Source: an uncultured Clostridia bacterium (lineage in GTDB: Bacteria > Bacillota > Clostridia > Christensenellales > CAG-917). Taken from it: 64,000 nucleotides of DNA. The notes under the pieces were generated by a model. It made no database searches and was not told the DNA's origin. It saw nothing but the letters and a program-made list of their open reading frames with translations. This document shows, piece by piece, positions 37,659-50,500 of this stretch (its first letter is position 1; every line of letters starts with the position of its first letter). Made by a program: the position numbers and the translations under genes. Location: assembly GCA_944372795.1 (NCBI GenBank), contig CALWAF010000005.1:489-64488 (forward strand). Reading direction: 5' to 3'.

Positions 37659-38837
37659 TCAGCCGCGCGAGAGCGCGCCTGCTGCGGCATATGCGCTCGC
37701 CCATGCCCATTGCAGATTGCACCCGCCGCACAGCCCGTCCACGTCCAAAGCCTCTCCCACGGCGTATGCGCCCGGGACGATGCAGGAGGCAAGCTGCGCG
37801 TCGAAACACTCCGTAGAAAGCCCGCCCGACATCACCTGCGCCTGCGAAGCGTCCAAAGTGCCTTCGAGGGTGAGGGTGTAGTGTTTGACCGCACGCGCGA
37901 CGGCGGCGGCATCGGGTATGTCGCGCAGGGTGAGCCCCGCGCGCCATGCTATGCGCTCGGCGAGCCGTGAGTGGAAGGCGCCGCGCAGCACGCGCTCGAC
38001 GTCTCCGTCGCGGGATGCGATCCACGTCGCGACTTCGCTCTCGGTAAGCTCGGGCATGAAGTCCAGCACCACGCTGTCTCCCGCCGCCGCCTCGCCTCTT
38101 GCGACCGCCGCCGAGAGGTCGAGAGCGAGTATGCCGCTCAATCCGTAGTCACGGAAGAGGATCTCCCCTTCCTCGCGCCTGCCCGCGAGCATCGCCGCAC
38201 ATTTGACGCGCACGCCGCCCAGCCCTTTCACACTTTCGCGGTCCGTCTTCAACGGGACGAGAGAGGGGACGAAGGGGCGCACTTTGTGCCCGAGCGCGGC
38301 AAAGAGGGCGAGGCTGTCGCTGCCCGACGTCGCGGGAGAACCCGTCGCCAGCACGACGTTGTTTGCACCTACTTTTTCCGTACGGCTGCCCTCCCCGTCC
38401 GTCATACGGACGGTGAGCACAAAGCCATCTCCCGCAGGGCGCACCTCGGTCACCTCCGCGCCCGTCACCGTCTCCGCACCGTTCTCGCGGGAGGCGGCGA
38501 GGAGGACGTCCAGCACGGATGAGGCGCACTCCGAATAGGGATAAACCCTACCCGAGGAAACGCGTGTGAGCAGCCCTATGCCGCGGAAAAACTCCACCGC
38601 GGCGAAAGGAGGAAAAGCGTCCAGCACGGGACGCACGAAATCGGGGACGTTATAGTCCGCGGGCGAGACGCCGAGCCCTGTCAGGTTGCACCTGCCGTTG
38701 CCCGTGGCAAGCAGTTTTTTGCCCGCGCGCGGAGCCTTTTCGAAGAGGGTGACCTTCCTCCCTTTCACCATGACGGAGAACGCCAGCGCCGCCGCGCCGC
38801 CGCCGATCACCGCAATGTCGCAAGAAGTCTTTTTCAT
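37659..38837 (-). CDS. FAD-dependent oxidoreductase of the HI0933/YhiN (BaiN-like) family
   Basis: N-terminal dinucleotide fold DIAVIGGGAAALAF. C-terminal GAYAVGEALDVDGLCGGCNLQWAWASA is typical of this family. Confidence 0.8.
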   Translation of the reverse strand: MKKTSCDIAVIGGGAAALAFSVMVKGRKVTLFEKAPRAGKKLLATGNGRCNLTGLGVSPADYNVPDFVRPVLDAFPPFAAVEFFRGIGLLTRVSSGRVYPYSECASSVLDVLLAASRENGAETVTGAEVTEVRPAGDGFVLTVRMTDGEGSRTEKVGANNVVLATGSPATSGSDSLALFAALGHKVRPFVPSLVPLKTDRESVKGLGGVRVKCAAMLAGRREEGEILFRDYGLSGILALDLSAAVARGEAAAGDSVVLDFMPELTESEVATWIASRDGDVERVLRGAFHSRLAERIAWRAGLTLRDIPDAAAVARAVKHYTLTLEGTLDASQAQVMSGGLSTECFDAQLASCIVPGAYAVGEALDVDGLCGGCNLQWAWASAYAAAGALSRG

Positions 38838-38883
38838 CCTCTTCTCCTAAAAAAAAGCCGAAGCCCGAAGGCTTCGGCAGGTC

Positions 38884-39162
38884 TCATTCTTTCGTTTTCG
38901 CTCCGCCCTCGAAGTAGTGCTGGAACTCGTCGAGCAGACCGTAGTTGACGCTGTAATGTTTCCACAGCCCTCTCTTTTCGCCGTTGACGATGCCGCTGTC
39001 GGTGAGCAGCTTCATGTGATAAGAAAGGGTGGGCTGACTGCAGTTGAGGTGCTTCAGGATCTCGTACGCGCACATATCCTTCTCGCGCAGCATCTCGAAG
39101 ATCTTCATTCTGTTGTTGTCGCTGAATGCCTTACATATATTGATATAAGTTTTTTCTTCCAT
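38884..39162 (-). CDS. ArsR/SmtB-family metalloregulator
   Basis: 92 aa with ICKAFSDNNRMKIFEML..CAYEILKHLNCSQPTLSYHMKLL. Confidence 0.85.
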   Translation of the reverse strand: MEEKTYINICKAFSDNNRMKIFEMLREKDMCAYEILKHLNCSQPTLSYHMKLLTDSGIVNGEKRGLWKHYSVNYGLLDEFQHYFEGGAKTKE

Positions 39163-39200
39163 ACAGTGATACTCCCGTCACATATTCTAGCAGTAGTTCT

Positions 39201-39229
39201 AATATATCGCTTATTGGTTGGATTGTCAA
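39201..39229 (-). promoter_or_regulatory. arsR-family gene promoter with an overlapping palindrome
   Basis: The bottom strand reads TTGACA (39229..39224), a 17-nt spacer, then TATATT (39206..39201). The -35 element sits inside the palindrome GGATTGACAATCC, a plausible autoregulatory operator. Confidence 0.55.
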
Positions 39230-39316
39230 TCCGATGGTCGAATAAACTTTGCTTTCATTTACTTAAAATCGCCTTAAAATGCGGCAATCACTAGGGTCAA
39301 GTCCGCTTATACCCTC

Positions 39317-39928
39317 TTACTCCGCCTCGTTGAACAGAAAAAAATCGGGCGGGCATACCGTCAGGGTAAGATACGCCGTCAGTATGCACAAGAGCCCCGC
39401 CGCCCCTACGATCGCTCCCGCTCTCCCGAGGCTCGGACGCGTGAAAGCGGCATACGCTGCCGCATGTCCAGCCACGACTCCCGCCGCAAACGTCGCGATG
39501 TCCGCCGCAAGCACCGCCCTCCCCGTGAACGCCGTGTAGATATAGAACACGCACGGGATCACCCCCGCCGCGATATATGTCGCGGCAAACGCCCCGAAGA
39601 CGCGGTTGTTCAGCCCGTCCGCAAAAGGCAGCGCGACGAAAAACCATACGAAGAAGGGGAAAAACACCAGCTTAAGATGCTCCCACACGCTCTCGTTTGC
39701 GGGGAAAAACACAGCTGCGGCAGCATCCCCGCCCGACCACTCGAAAAAGAAATGCGACACCGCCCCGAGCCCGAGACAAAACACCGCCCCGACGATACAC
39801 ACCGCCCGCGCCTTTTTCCGCACCTCGGCAGCCCTTCGCTCCCCCTTTCTCCCCGCCTCCGCAAGGATCCCTCCGCTCACTCTTCCTTCCACACCTCTAA
39901 TATGCCGCACAATCGCGCTTATATTCAA
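39317..39928 (-). CDS. Polytopic membrane protein, unknown function (DUF6512-like by memory)
   Basis: Hydrophobic segments and the ESVWEHLKLVFFPFFVWF motif. The first ~35 codons are Arg/Gly-rich, and a GTG at 39823 is an alternative start. Confidence 0.6.
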   Translation of the reverse strand: MNISAIVRHIRGVEGRVSGGILAEAGRKGERRAAEVRKKARAVCIVGAVFCLGLGAVSHFFFEWSGGDAAAAVFFPANESVWEHLKLVFFPFFVWFFVALPFADGLNNRVFGAFAATYIAAGVIPCVFYIYTAFTGRAVLAADIATFAAGVVAGHAAAYAAFTRPSLGRAGAIVGAAGLLCILTAYLTLTVCPPDFFLFNEAE

Positions 39929-39950
39929 CCGTTACATTGCGCGCACAAGG

Positions 39951-40105
39951 TATATGCCACGCTTTATGCGGTGGAATTGAAATAGGAATACATCACGCTT
40001 TTTATGATAGGTGTGCGCGCGAAGCTCGCTCCGGTCGATTGTCTTCAACACAGCAAAAAGGACGGCGTTTGTCGTCCTTTTTGTTATGCTGGTGGAGACA
40101 ACAAG
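39951..40105 (-). repeat. Degenerate second copy of the tRNA-Val 3' end (16 nt) plus about 140 nt of its downstream flank, including the terminator hairpin
   Basis: 40090-40105 TGGTGGAGACAACAAG is identical to 40410-40425, the last 16 nt of tRNA-Val. By eye, 39951-40089 aligns with 40267-40409 at roughly three quarters identity. The hairpin GGACGGCGTTTGTCGTCC corresponds to GGGACGGCGTGTGCCGTCCC. Confidence 0.8.
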
Positions 40106-40409
40106 TCATTCGCCGCGCATGGCAGGGTTCACGAAACAAAGAATTGTTTCCGATGAGGGGTACATTGTCGCTCGTTTGGACGTTCGACGGCGAAAGCGTC
40201 CTGCATAGGGCGAGCGTTTCTTTTTTTGAGGAAGCATCGGCAAGCCGCCGAACTTGCGCGCACGAGTATATCACACGCCTCATATGTGAGATAATGCAAA
40301 TGAGAATATAGCACGCTTTATGATGGGATCATCGCGCGCAAAGTTCGTGACTGTTTGTTGTCCCCGAGCATAGCGAAAGGGACGGCGTGTGCCGTCCCTT
40401 TCGCTATGC

Positions 40410-40486
<77 letters not shown>

Positions 40487-40694
40487 GAATGCAAGGGATA
40501 TATTACACTAAATTTTCGCGCGTGGCAAGTGATTTGGCGCATTTGCGAACAATATGTTTTATTTGCGGCGGCGCGGTGCGTCATAGCGGTGCGCGCACTT
40601 TGAAAAAGCCGCGATCAAGACCCCGAAAATGACAAATGCGGCGCGTCACATGGAAGAAAATATCACCGTGTTTTGCACTCGCGGCTCAAAACAG

Positions 40695-40723
40695 TTGACA
40701 TCCGCGGGCGGGCGCAATATAAT
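40695..40723 (+). promoter_or_regulatory. Consensus promoter for tRNA-Arg
   Basis: TTGACA (40695-40700), a 17-nt spacer, then TATAAT (40718-40723), 22 nt upstream of the mature 5' end. Confidence 0.65.
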
Positions 40724-40745
40724 CGTTAATGCTCCTAGGGGCGAT

Positions 40746-40822
40746 GTACCATTAGCCCAGCTGGATAGAGCGTCTGGCTACGGACCAGAAGGTCGGGGGT
40801 TCGAATCCCTCATGGTACGCCA
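40746..40822 (+). tRNA. tRNA-Arg (anticodon ACG), CCA encoded
   Basis: GTACCAT-TA-GCCC-AGCTGGATA-GAGC-G-TCTGG-CTACGGA-CCAGA-AGGTC-GGGGG-TTCGAAT-CCCTC-ATGGTAC-G-CCA. Confidence 0.9.
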
Positions 40823-40852
40823 AAGGCACCGAACACGTTCGGTGCCTTTTTT
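40823..40852 (+). terminator. tRNA-Arg terminator
   Basis: GGCACCGAAC (40825-40834) pairs with GTTCGGTGCC (40837-40846), followed by TTTTTT. Confidence 0.75.
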
Positions 40853-40964
40853 CTTCCCCCGAGGGATTCTTACCCGAAGCTGACGCTCGGCGGCGCCTGC
40901 TCGGCTTCGCTCGCAGAAAAGTTGCGCCGCCTACGCTATTCCGTCGCACGGTCGTGCTCCTCAC

Positions 40965-41054
40965 GAACCCTCATGGTACGCCAAAGGCACCGAACACGTT
41001 CGGTGCCTTTTTTCTTCCCCCGAGGGATCCTTACCCGAGGCTGACGCTCGGCGG
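40965..41054 (+). repeat. Second copy of the tRNA-Arg 3' end (19 nt) + terminator + 40-nt flank
   Basis: 40965-41054 (GAACCCTCATGGTACGCCAAAGGCACCGAACACGTTCGGTGCCTTTTTTCTTCCCCCGAGGGATCCTTACCCGAGGCTGACGCTCGGCGG) matches 40803-40893 with a handful of differences. No 5' half of a tRNA precedes it. Confidence 0.85.
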
Positions 41055-41133
41055 TTTCTTTTCGCGGCAGCACAGACAAACTTAAAGCCCGCGTTGCCGC
41101 GGGCTTTTTTTTCTTTAGTGTTATCCTTCACAA

Positions 41134-41163
41134 TTACTTGCGGGGATTCTTGATGTTCGCCTG
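41134..41163 (-). pseudogene. Duplicated 3' end of ppdK (last 9 codons + stop), inside a 118-nt repeat
   Basis: The bottom strand reads CAGGCGAACATCAAGAATCCCCGCAAGTAA, which is QANIKNPRK-stop, identical to the PpdK C-terminus. The repeat 41046-41163 matches 41326-41445 (terminator hairpin AAAGCCCGCGTTGCCGCGGGCTTT included) at an offset of about 280 nt. Confidence 0.8.
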
Positions 41164-41415
41164 TGCTTCGTCGCGGCAAGACGCCGTGCGCCGATGCCTT
41201 CACTGCGGTGCAGGCATACTGCTTCCTCGTCTGCCCCTCCTCTTCGCCTCTCGAAAATGCAAGACACTCCCCTGCTCCTCGTTTCTACGCTCTGCTCCGT
41301 AACTATCGCAGTGTCGCTCATTTTCGCTCGGCGGTTTCTTTTCGCGGCAGCACAGACAAACTTAAAGCCCGCGTTGCCGCGGGCTTTTTCGTCTTTAGTG
41401 CGTTATCCTTCACAA

Positions 41416-44061
<2,646 letters not shown>

Positions 44062-44307
44062 TTGAAACCTCCTGTGGTTGGTCATAAATATTTGTTTTTA
44101 ATCATAGAGAGTCTAGCAAAAAAAGAATTTTTGGGCAAGCGATTTCGGTTGCGTTAGGAATTTTTTTTTGATAAGATGATAGCGAAGAAAAAATTGAGGT
44201 GCAAAATGGACTCCGACCACCGAAGTTGCCATCCACTCCCTTAATCCGCTCGTATCGGAGCGTTTTCTCCGGCACGGCGTTTTAAGCGCATCCCCGGAGG
44301 AAACGAT

Positions 44308-45267
44308 ATGCTTCAGGTTTACAAGAAACTCAACAAAGCCACTATCACCGTCGACAACGCTCTCATCGGCGAGGGCTACGACTTCCGCGATCACTGGATC
44401 CACATGTCCAACCCCACGGACAAGGAGATCGAGCTGATTTCGCGTTCCACGGGCGTCGCCGAAGATATGATCAAGGCGGCACTGGACGAGGAAGAGCGCG
44501 CGCGTATCGAGCGCGACGACGACACCGGCGCCCTCCTTGTGGTCACCGACATCCCCTTCACCGAAGAGGATGAGGATCACTACACCTACACAACCCTCCC
44601 CTTCGGCTTCATCTCCACTTCCGACGTGATGATCACCGTCTGTCTGGAGGAAACGAGCCTCATCGACGATATGCTCTCGGCGCGCTTCGTGAAAGATTTC
44701 AATCTGCACAAGCGCACCCGTTTCCTCATACAGCTGCAATACACCATCTCCAAAAAATTCGTCCACTACCTCAAGCAGATCGACCGCGCGAGCCAGCGTG
44801 TGCAGAACGTGCTGGAAAAATCCATGAAGAACGCGGAGCTCATCGAGATGCTCGACCTCGAAAAATCCTTGGTCTACATCTCCACTTCTCTACGCTCCAA
44901 CAGCGTGGTGCTGGACAAACTCCCCAAGATGACCAAACTCTTCGAAGAGGACGAGGACCTGTGGGAAGACGTTGTGATCGAGAACAAACAGGCCATCGAG
45001 ATGTCCAACATTTACCGCGACATACTCTCCGGCACCATGGACGCCTACGCCTCCATCATCTCCAACAACCTGAACGTCGTCATGAAGGTGCTCACCTCCC
45101 TCACCCTGCTGGTCGCCATCCCGAGCATGATAGGCGCCTTCTGGGGCATGAACACCGGCGTCCCCTTCGAGGGCGAGAGCTGGGGCTTCTGGGTGGTCAT
45201 CGGCATCTCCGTCGTGGTCTGCCTCATCGCGGGCATCGTGCTGTGGAAGAAGAGATTCCTGAAATAA
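44308..45267 (+). CDS. corA: CorA-family magnesium/cobalt transporter
   Basis: 319 aa. FWGMNTGVPF (the GMN motif) lies between two C-terminal TM helices. Confidence 0.9.
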   Translation: MLQVYKKLNKATITVDNALIGEGYDFRDHWIHMSNPTDKEIELISRSTGVAEDMIKAALDEEERARIERDDDTGALLVVTDIPFTEEDEDHYTYTTLPFGFISTSDVMITVCLEETSLIDDMLSARFVKDFNLHKRTRFLIQLQYTISKKFVHYLKQIDRASQRVQNVLEKSMKNAELIEMLDLEKSLVYISTSLRSNSVVLDKLPKMTKLFEEDEDLWEDVVIENKQAIEMSNIYRDILSGTMDAYASIISNNLNVVMKVLTSLTLLVAIPSMIGAFWGMNTGVPFEGESWGFWVVIGISVVVCLIAGIVLWKKRFLK

Positions 45268-45321
45268 GACGCGGGACGCGACGCGGAATGCGTCCTCCCT
45301 CGCCGCAACACGGTCCGACCG

Positions 45322-45350
45322 CCGCCGTCCTTCGGGACGGCTTTTTCATG
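45322..45350 (+). terminator. corA terminator
   Basis: CCGTCC-TTCG-GGACGG is followed by CTTTTTC, about 55 nt after the stop. Confidence 0.6.
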
Positions 45351-45748
45351 CCGCGACACGGGAACCTACGCATCGAAACACCACAATCACCTCCCACGGC
45401 TGCCCGCACCCGTCACTCCGTACGTGCAGGACAGCGCGCCGTCACGTCTGCGCAACGCCGTTTCCGCAACGCTTTAACGCATCCTCCGCGACCCTGCGAC
45501 GGCACTCTCCCACGGCTTGCGCACCGGCATTCCGTGCATATGAAAAGCGATCCTCTTCCACGCGATCGGAGCGGTTAGAACGCCGAAAAAGTATATTTAT
45601 ATCAACACATAAAGAAAATGAAAAAGCAACTCGGACGCGAGTCGCTTTCTGTTTTTTTCGGCTTTCGGGGCGCAAAGGTGCGCGTGAGCGGGTGCTCACG
45701 CATGTCCGCGCACGGGCGCGGGCATCCTTGCGCGAAGAATCTTCTGCC

Positions 45749-47314
45749 TTATTCCGCGGTGGTCGCCGCCGCAGCCTGTGCCGCTTCCTGCTCCGCTTTC
45801 GCCTTCGCCGCAGCCTGATCCGCCATGAGCACCTTCATGATCTTGGTCAGGCACTGGATGACGATGGCTTTGTTCTCGGGGCTGTTCTTGAAGACGTTGT
45901 ACGCCTGAAGCATGAGCATCGCGACGCGGATCTTCATGCTGCGGGAAAGATTCATCGTCAGCACGTAGTCCACAAGATGCGGGAGCTTGGCAAGCCTCGG
46001 GGGCTTGACGTCCTCGTCACCCTCATCGAGGTCTTCCTCGACATAGATGACTTCGGGCTCGAGGGAGACCGTCACCGAGGAATCCGCCGTGGGACGCTTC
46101 GCGATGTTGAGGCCCTCGAGTGACTCGGGCTCCGCTCCGCGTGCCATTGCGGGTGCGTACGCATCCGCGGGCGCGCTGTCCTGCACGTACGGAGTGACGG
46201 GTGCGGGCACGGAGACGAGCTTCCCTTCTTCGGCGCCTTCGCCGTCGTCGTCGGTGAGCACTTCGCCGTCGACCACGAGTTCGTCGTAACCGCGGGCGGT
46301 CAGCTCTTCGTTCTGAAGTTTCTTTTTCTTTCTTCCGAACATATTTTCCTCATCCTCATCGTTTATTTCTATTTCTTCCGCGACGGTGTCGCGGCCCTTG
46401 TCATCTTCTCTGTGCCCGGCGACGGGAGGTATGCCCTCCTTGGGAGCGTTCGGATCTGCGGGCGCTTCCTCGGTGGGTGCGGGCTCCGCCTGTTCTGCGG
46501 CAAGCTCCAAAGGCGTCTTTTCCGCATCCTCTGCGGGCGCAGCGGCATCTTCGGCGGGAGCGGACTCCTCTGCCGCTTTCTTTTCAAGCTCCTGCGCCAC
46601 CTCTTCCTCGGTGGGGGCGGGACGAGCGATGTTGCGCGCGACGATGCCGTCCATGATGGCGGCGACCTGAAGCAACGGAGAAGCGTCCGTCGCATAGTCG
46701 CGCTCGACTTGCAGATTCACCTTCGCGTCCAGCTCGTCGAGCATGGACTCGTAGCTCTTCTTCGCGGTCTTATACTCGCTGCGGGCGACGAGCCACAACA
46801 CGAGATAGCCCACCGCGCCGACCAGCAGCCCGAGGCAGAGCACCACGCCCACCTCGGAGGTCTTCATCGCGCCCAATCCCCAGAAGGAGAAGAGTGCGGT
46901 GAGGATGAGTGCGACGGAGATGAATATGTTCGCCCTGACGGAGTCGGGACGCTTGACTTCCTTGTCGAAGACTGCGGACTCGTTGAACACCTCGCTCGGA
47001 TAGCCGAAACGGACGCCGAGGTAGCTCACCCACGCGTCACGCAGAGCGGCGGGCGCCTTTGCGCCGAAGCAGGTCGCGGTGAAATCCGCCACGTTGTCGT
47101 CGGTGATGGCATCCTCGTCCTCGAGGTATGCCCTAACTTTGCCGCAGGCGTGCCTGAATTTGTGTGCCGCGGCGGCGAGAAACGTAAGCCCGATGACGAT
47201 CGCAACAACCCCCAATGCTGCAACTACCACTATGTAGAATGTTTGGATGTCGATGGCCGGCAGCTTTTCGGAAAGATCGACCAGACCGTCGAATATCGTG
47301 TTGAAAAAGCCCAT
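45749..47314 (-). CDS. Membrane protein with a long acidic Ala/Glu/Pro-rich disordered linker and a conserved-looking C-terminal helical domain, unknown function
   Basis: 521 aa. About 4 TM segments in the first 190 aa. A low-complexity EEVAQELEKKAAEESAPAEDAAAPAEDAEK... region follows. Good ATG at 47314. Confidence 0.7.
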   Translation of the reverse strand: MGFFNTIFDGLVDLSEKLPAIDIQTFYIVVVAALGVVAIVIGLTFLAAAAHKFRHACGKVRAYLEDEDAITDDNVADFTATCFGAKAPAALRDAWVSYLGVRFGYPSEVFNESAVFDKEVKRPDSVRANIFISVALILTALFSFWGLGAMKTSEVGVVLCLGLLVGAVGYLVLWLVARSEYKTAKKSYESMLDELDAKVNLQVERDYATDASPLLQVAAIMDGIVARNIARPAPTEEEVAQELEKKAAEESAPAEDAAAPAEDAEKTPLELAAEQAEPAPTEEAPADPNAPKEGIPPVAGHREDDKGRDTVAEEIEINDEDEENMFGRKKKKLQNEELTARGYDELVVDGEVLTDDDGEGAEEGKLVSVPAPVTPYVQDSAPADAYAPAMARGAEPESLEGLNIAKRPTADSSVTVSLEPEVIYVEEDLDEGDEDVKPPRLAKLPHLVDYVLTMNLSRSMKIRVAMLMLQAYNVFKNSPENKAIVIQCLTKIMKVLMADQAAAKAKAEQEAAQAAAATTAE

Positions 47315-47523
47315 CTTGCTTTACGATGCCTCCGTATATAGCACTACAAATGTTATGGTAATTATATCACACGCGCGCTAAAATGCAAGGCTTTTTGCAA
47401 TATTAACCGCAAAATATCGAAAAAACTTCATTTTAACGTGCGTTAAGGTGTCCTCCGCGGCAACGCGCGCACACGCAAAAAGCGCGCGTGCAAACGCGCG
47501 CCCGAGCTTTTTCGGCGGCTTTT

Positions 47524-50500
47524 TCAACCCTCTTTTTCGAGTTCCACAATGTCGCCCGTCTTGAAAGAATACAGCAATATTCTGTCAACTTTGCCCGAAA
47601 ACGAGCTTTCAACCGCCTTTTTGTATAGATTAAGTTGCTTTTTGTATTTTTCGAGGGCTTCGGCGCTGCGCAATGCGGAGTTTTTGAAATCCACGATCAC
47701 TCTCTCCCGCCCGTCGATGAGCAGGTCGATGACGCCCTGCACCAGCACGCGGTCTTCCGTTGACGCCGCTCCCACCTCTTTCGCGGGCACGTACATTAAA
47801 AAGGACTTCTCGCGGTGGCACACGCTCTCCCGCGCAAGCTGCATGACGGGGTGGGCAAGACAGCGGGCTACGGCGTCCGCGTCCACTTCGGCGCGTTCTT
47901 TTTCGGTGATGGCTCCCGAGGCGACCATGGCGTCGAGCTCCCTTTCCACGCCATCTCTCCCCTGCGCGGCGAAGTCGATGTGTTCCATGACCTTGTGATA
48001 GGCTATGCCCTCGTCGGCGCGGTCGGCAAAGGCGCCCAGCGTGACCTCGTCCCCGCCGCCGTCCAGCGCGGACACGCTGTACTTCATGGCAAGCCCCGTC
48101 GCCGCGCGATACGGGTAACGGCGTCCCACCGCCCTTCTTATCGCGGCGATATCCTCCGCTCTGCCGTTTTCGGGCAAAACGAGTTCCTTTGCCGCGGTCA
48201 CGTCGGGCGCAACGTCATCGAACTCATGGCGGTGTATGGCGAAGGTCTTGCCTGCGTAGCACGCCTCCTTGATATGGTCAAGGATGGTGATGGGCGCGTC
48301 CGCGGCTTTCCGCCTGCCGAAAGAGGCTTCTCCGTCGTGATCTCCCATTATGTATAAATATTGTTTCGCGCGCGTGAGCGCGACATAATACATACGAAGT
48401 TCGTCGCGGCGTTCGCTCTCGCTATTCATCTCCTCCAAGGCGTACAGGGAAAGAGCTTTTTTCTTGGTGCGGCAGTCAAAATCGAAGTACGTCATACCCA
48501 CGAAACCCCGGTTGTCCGTCATGACGTCGCGGCGCCCCGGGCGGCTGCTCGGCTTATGGTCCGCATCCGCGATGAACACCACGGGCGCCTCCAATCCTTT
48601 GTAGGCATGGTAAGTGGCAAAACGCACTTTGTTGCCGCCCGTGCCCGTCTTTCTCTTTTTCTTCACACCTGCCGCGGCTTTGTACGCAGCGAGGAAGCGC
48701 CCTATGCCCATATACGGGTCCTTGCCCGTCTTCTCCGCGACGAATGCGGACACTCTTTCCGCGCCGCCCCAGCCCATCGCCTGCACGTAGGCGTCGTAAG
48801 AGAAGTCGGAAACTATGCCCTGCAACAGGTCGGGGACGCTCTTGAAACTGGCTTTGAGGCGGTAGGACGCCAGCATATCCAACATCCGCGCCGTCTTTTT
48901 GCCGAGGGCGGAATCCTCCTGCGCCGCAGCGAGCACCGCGTCGTAGAAATCGCCGCCCTTCGGGCGCTTGTCTGCGATGAGCACCAGCTCCTCCTCGCCG
49001 AACCCACCGAACCACGAGAGCATGAACCCGGCGAGAGGTATGTCCTCGCGCGGATTATCCAACACCGTGAGAAAACGGACGAGTTCCCTCTCCGCACGGT
49101 CGTCGTCGTCCGCGAATATGCTCGTATCCAGAGGGACGCCCTCCGCCGCGAGATATCTTGCCATGCGCTTCACGGGCGCAGAGCGCGACCTCATCAGGAT
49201 CACGCAGTCCTCGTAGCTTATCGGCGCGCCGTTCTCCTTTGTGACTTTGCCGACTATCTGTTTCAGCTTCTCCGCGATAAAGACCGCTTTGGCATACGCG
49301 CGCGCCTGCTCGTCGGGCGCGGAGAACAGATGCACTTCCGCTGCGCCGGAAAGGATGTCGCCGTTGACGTCCTTCTTCTCGCCGCCTATCGCGAAATGCC
49401 CCTCCGACAGATAATCCATCCCCGAAGTTTCCGCCGTCATGGCGACGTCGAACACGGAATTGACCAGTAGCAACACGGGGCGTACGCTGCGGAAGTTGGC
49501 GTTGAATTCCAACGCCTTTCCCTCCTTCCCCGACTCATAACGACGCTTGCGCCCCAGGAATATCTCGGGGTCGGCAAGCCTGAACGCGTAAATGCTCTGC
49601 TTGACGTCCCCGACCATGAACGCTTCGTCGGGGAGCAGCGAATCGATGATGAACTCCTGCACGGGGTTGACGTCCTGATACTCGTCCACGAAAACGACGG
49701 AATACCTGCCGCGAAAGTCCCCGTTTCGGACCAGTTCCGCGGCAAAATATTCGAGGTCGGAATAAGTCATCACGTCGTCCGCTCTCTTTGCCGCGGAAAA
49801 TTCCTCGTCCAGCATTTCCACCAGATCGACGAGTTTACCGACGAATTCCGCGTTTTGAAGATGTGCTTTTGTCAAAAACTCCCTATCCGCAAATGTCGCC
49901 GCCCAGTTTTTGAAGTAGGTGCGTGCGGCGGCGAGAGTCACCCTTGCCGTTTCCGCTTCGTCGCTCACCGAGTCGCGCTTTTTGGACGCGCTCATCGAGA
50001 GCGTTTTCACGATATCCCCCACCGCGCGGCACACCCCGGGGAAGTCCGCTGCACGGATGCCTCGGAGAGCTTCTATCACCGCTTCGCTCTTTGCGGCATA
50101 CGACTTCTGCCCCTCGGAAACGAGCACGGGCAGGATGTCTTCCAGCACGGAGCGCCACCTCTCCGCTCTTCGCCGCGCGCCTGCCGCGAGCGCCTCGCCG
50201 TACGCGCCGAAATCGGGTGCGAGGTAATTCTCTTTCAGCCGCCGCATGAACCCCTGCCTGTCCGGCTGTATCTCCACCAGTTCGTAAACGGTGTTCACCA
50301 CGTCGCGCAGATAGTCCTCTTTCCTGCTCGAAGTCAGCGCGTCCGCGAGCCGCATGAAGGTGACGTCGCCCTCTTTGTAACAGCGCGAAAACACCGCGTC
50401 CATGGCTTCGCTCTTATACTTCGCTTCCATGTCTTCGGCGATGATGTCGAACGCGGGCGAAACCCCGAGCCTTTCGAAATTGGACTTGATGAGGGAACGG

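Noticed and set aside
44113-44307. M-box (Mg2+) riboswitch upstream of corA
   Set aside because: The context is tempting, and a GTTAGG string is present. The leader of about 110 nt is too short, and beyond that hexamer nothing matches the M-box consensus as I remember it.
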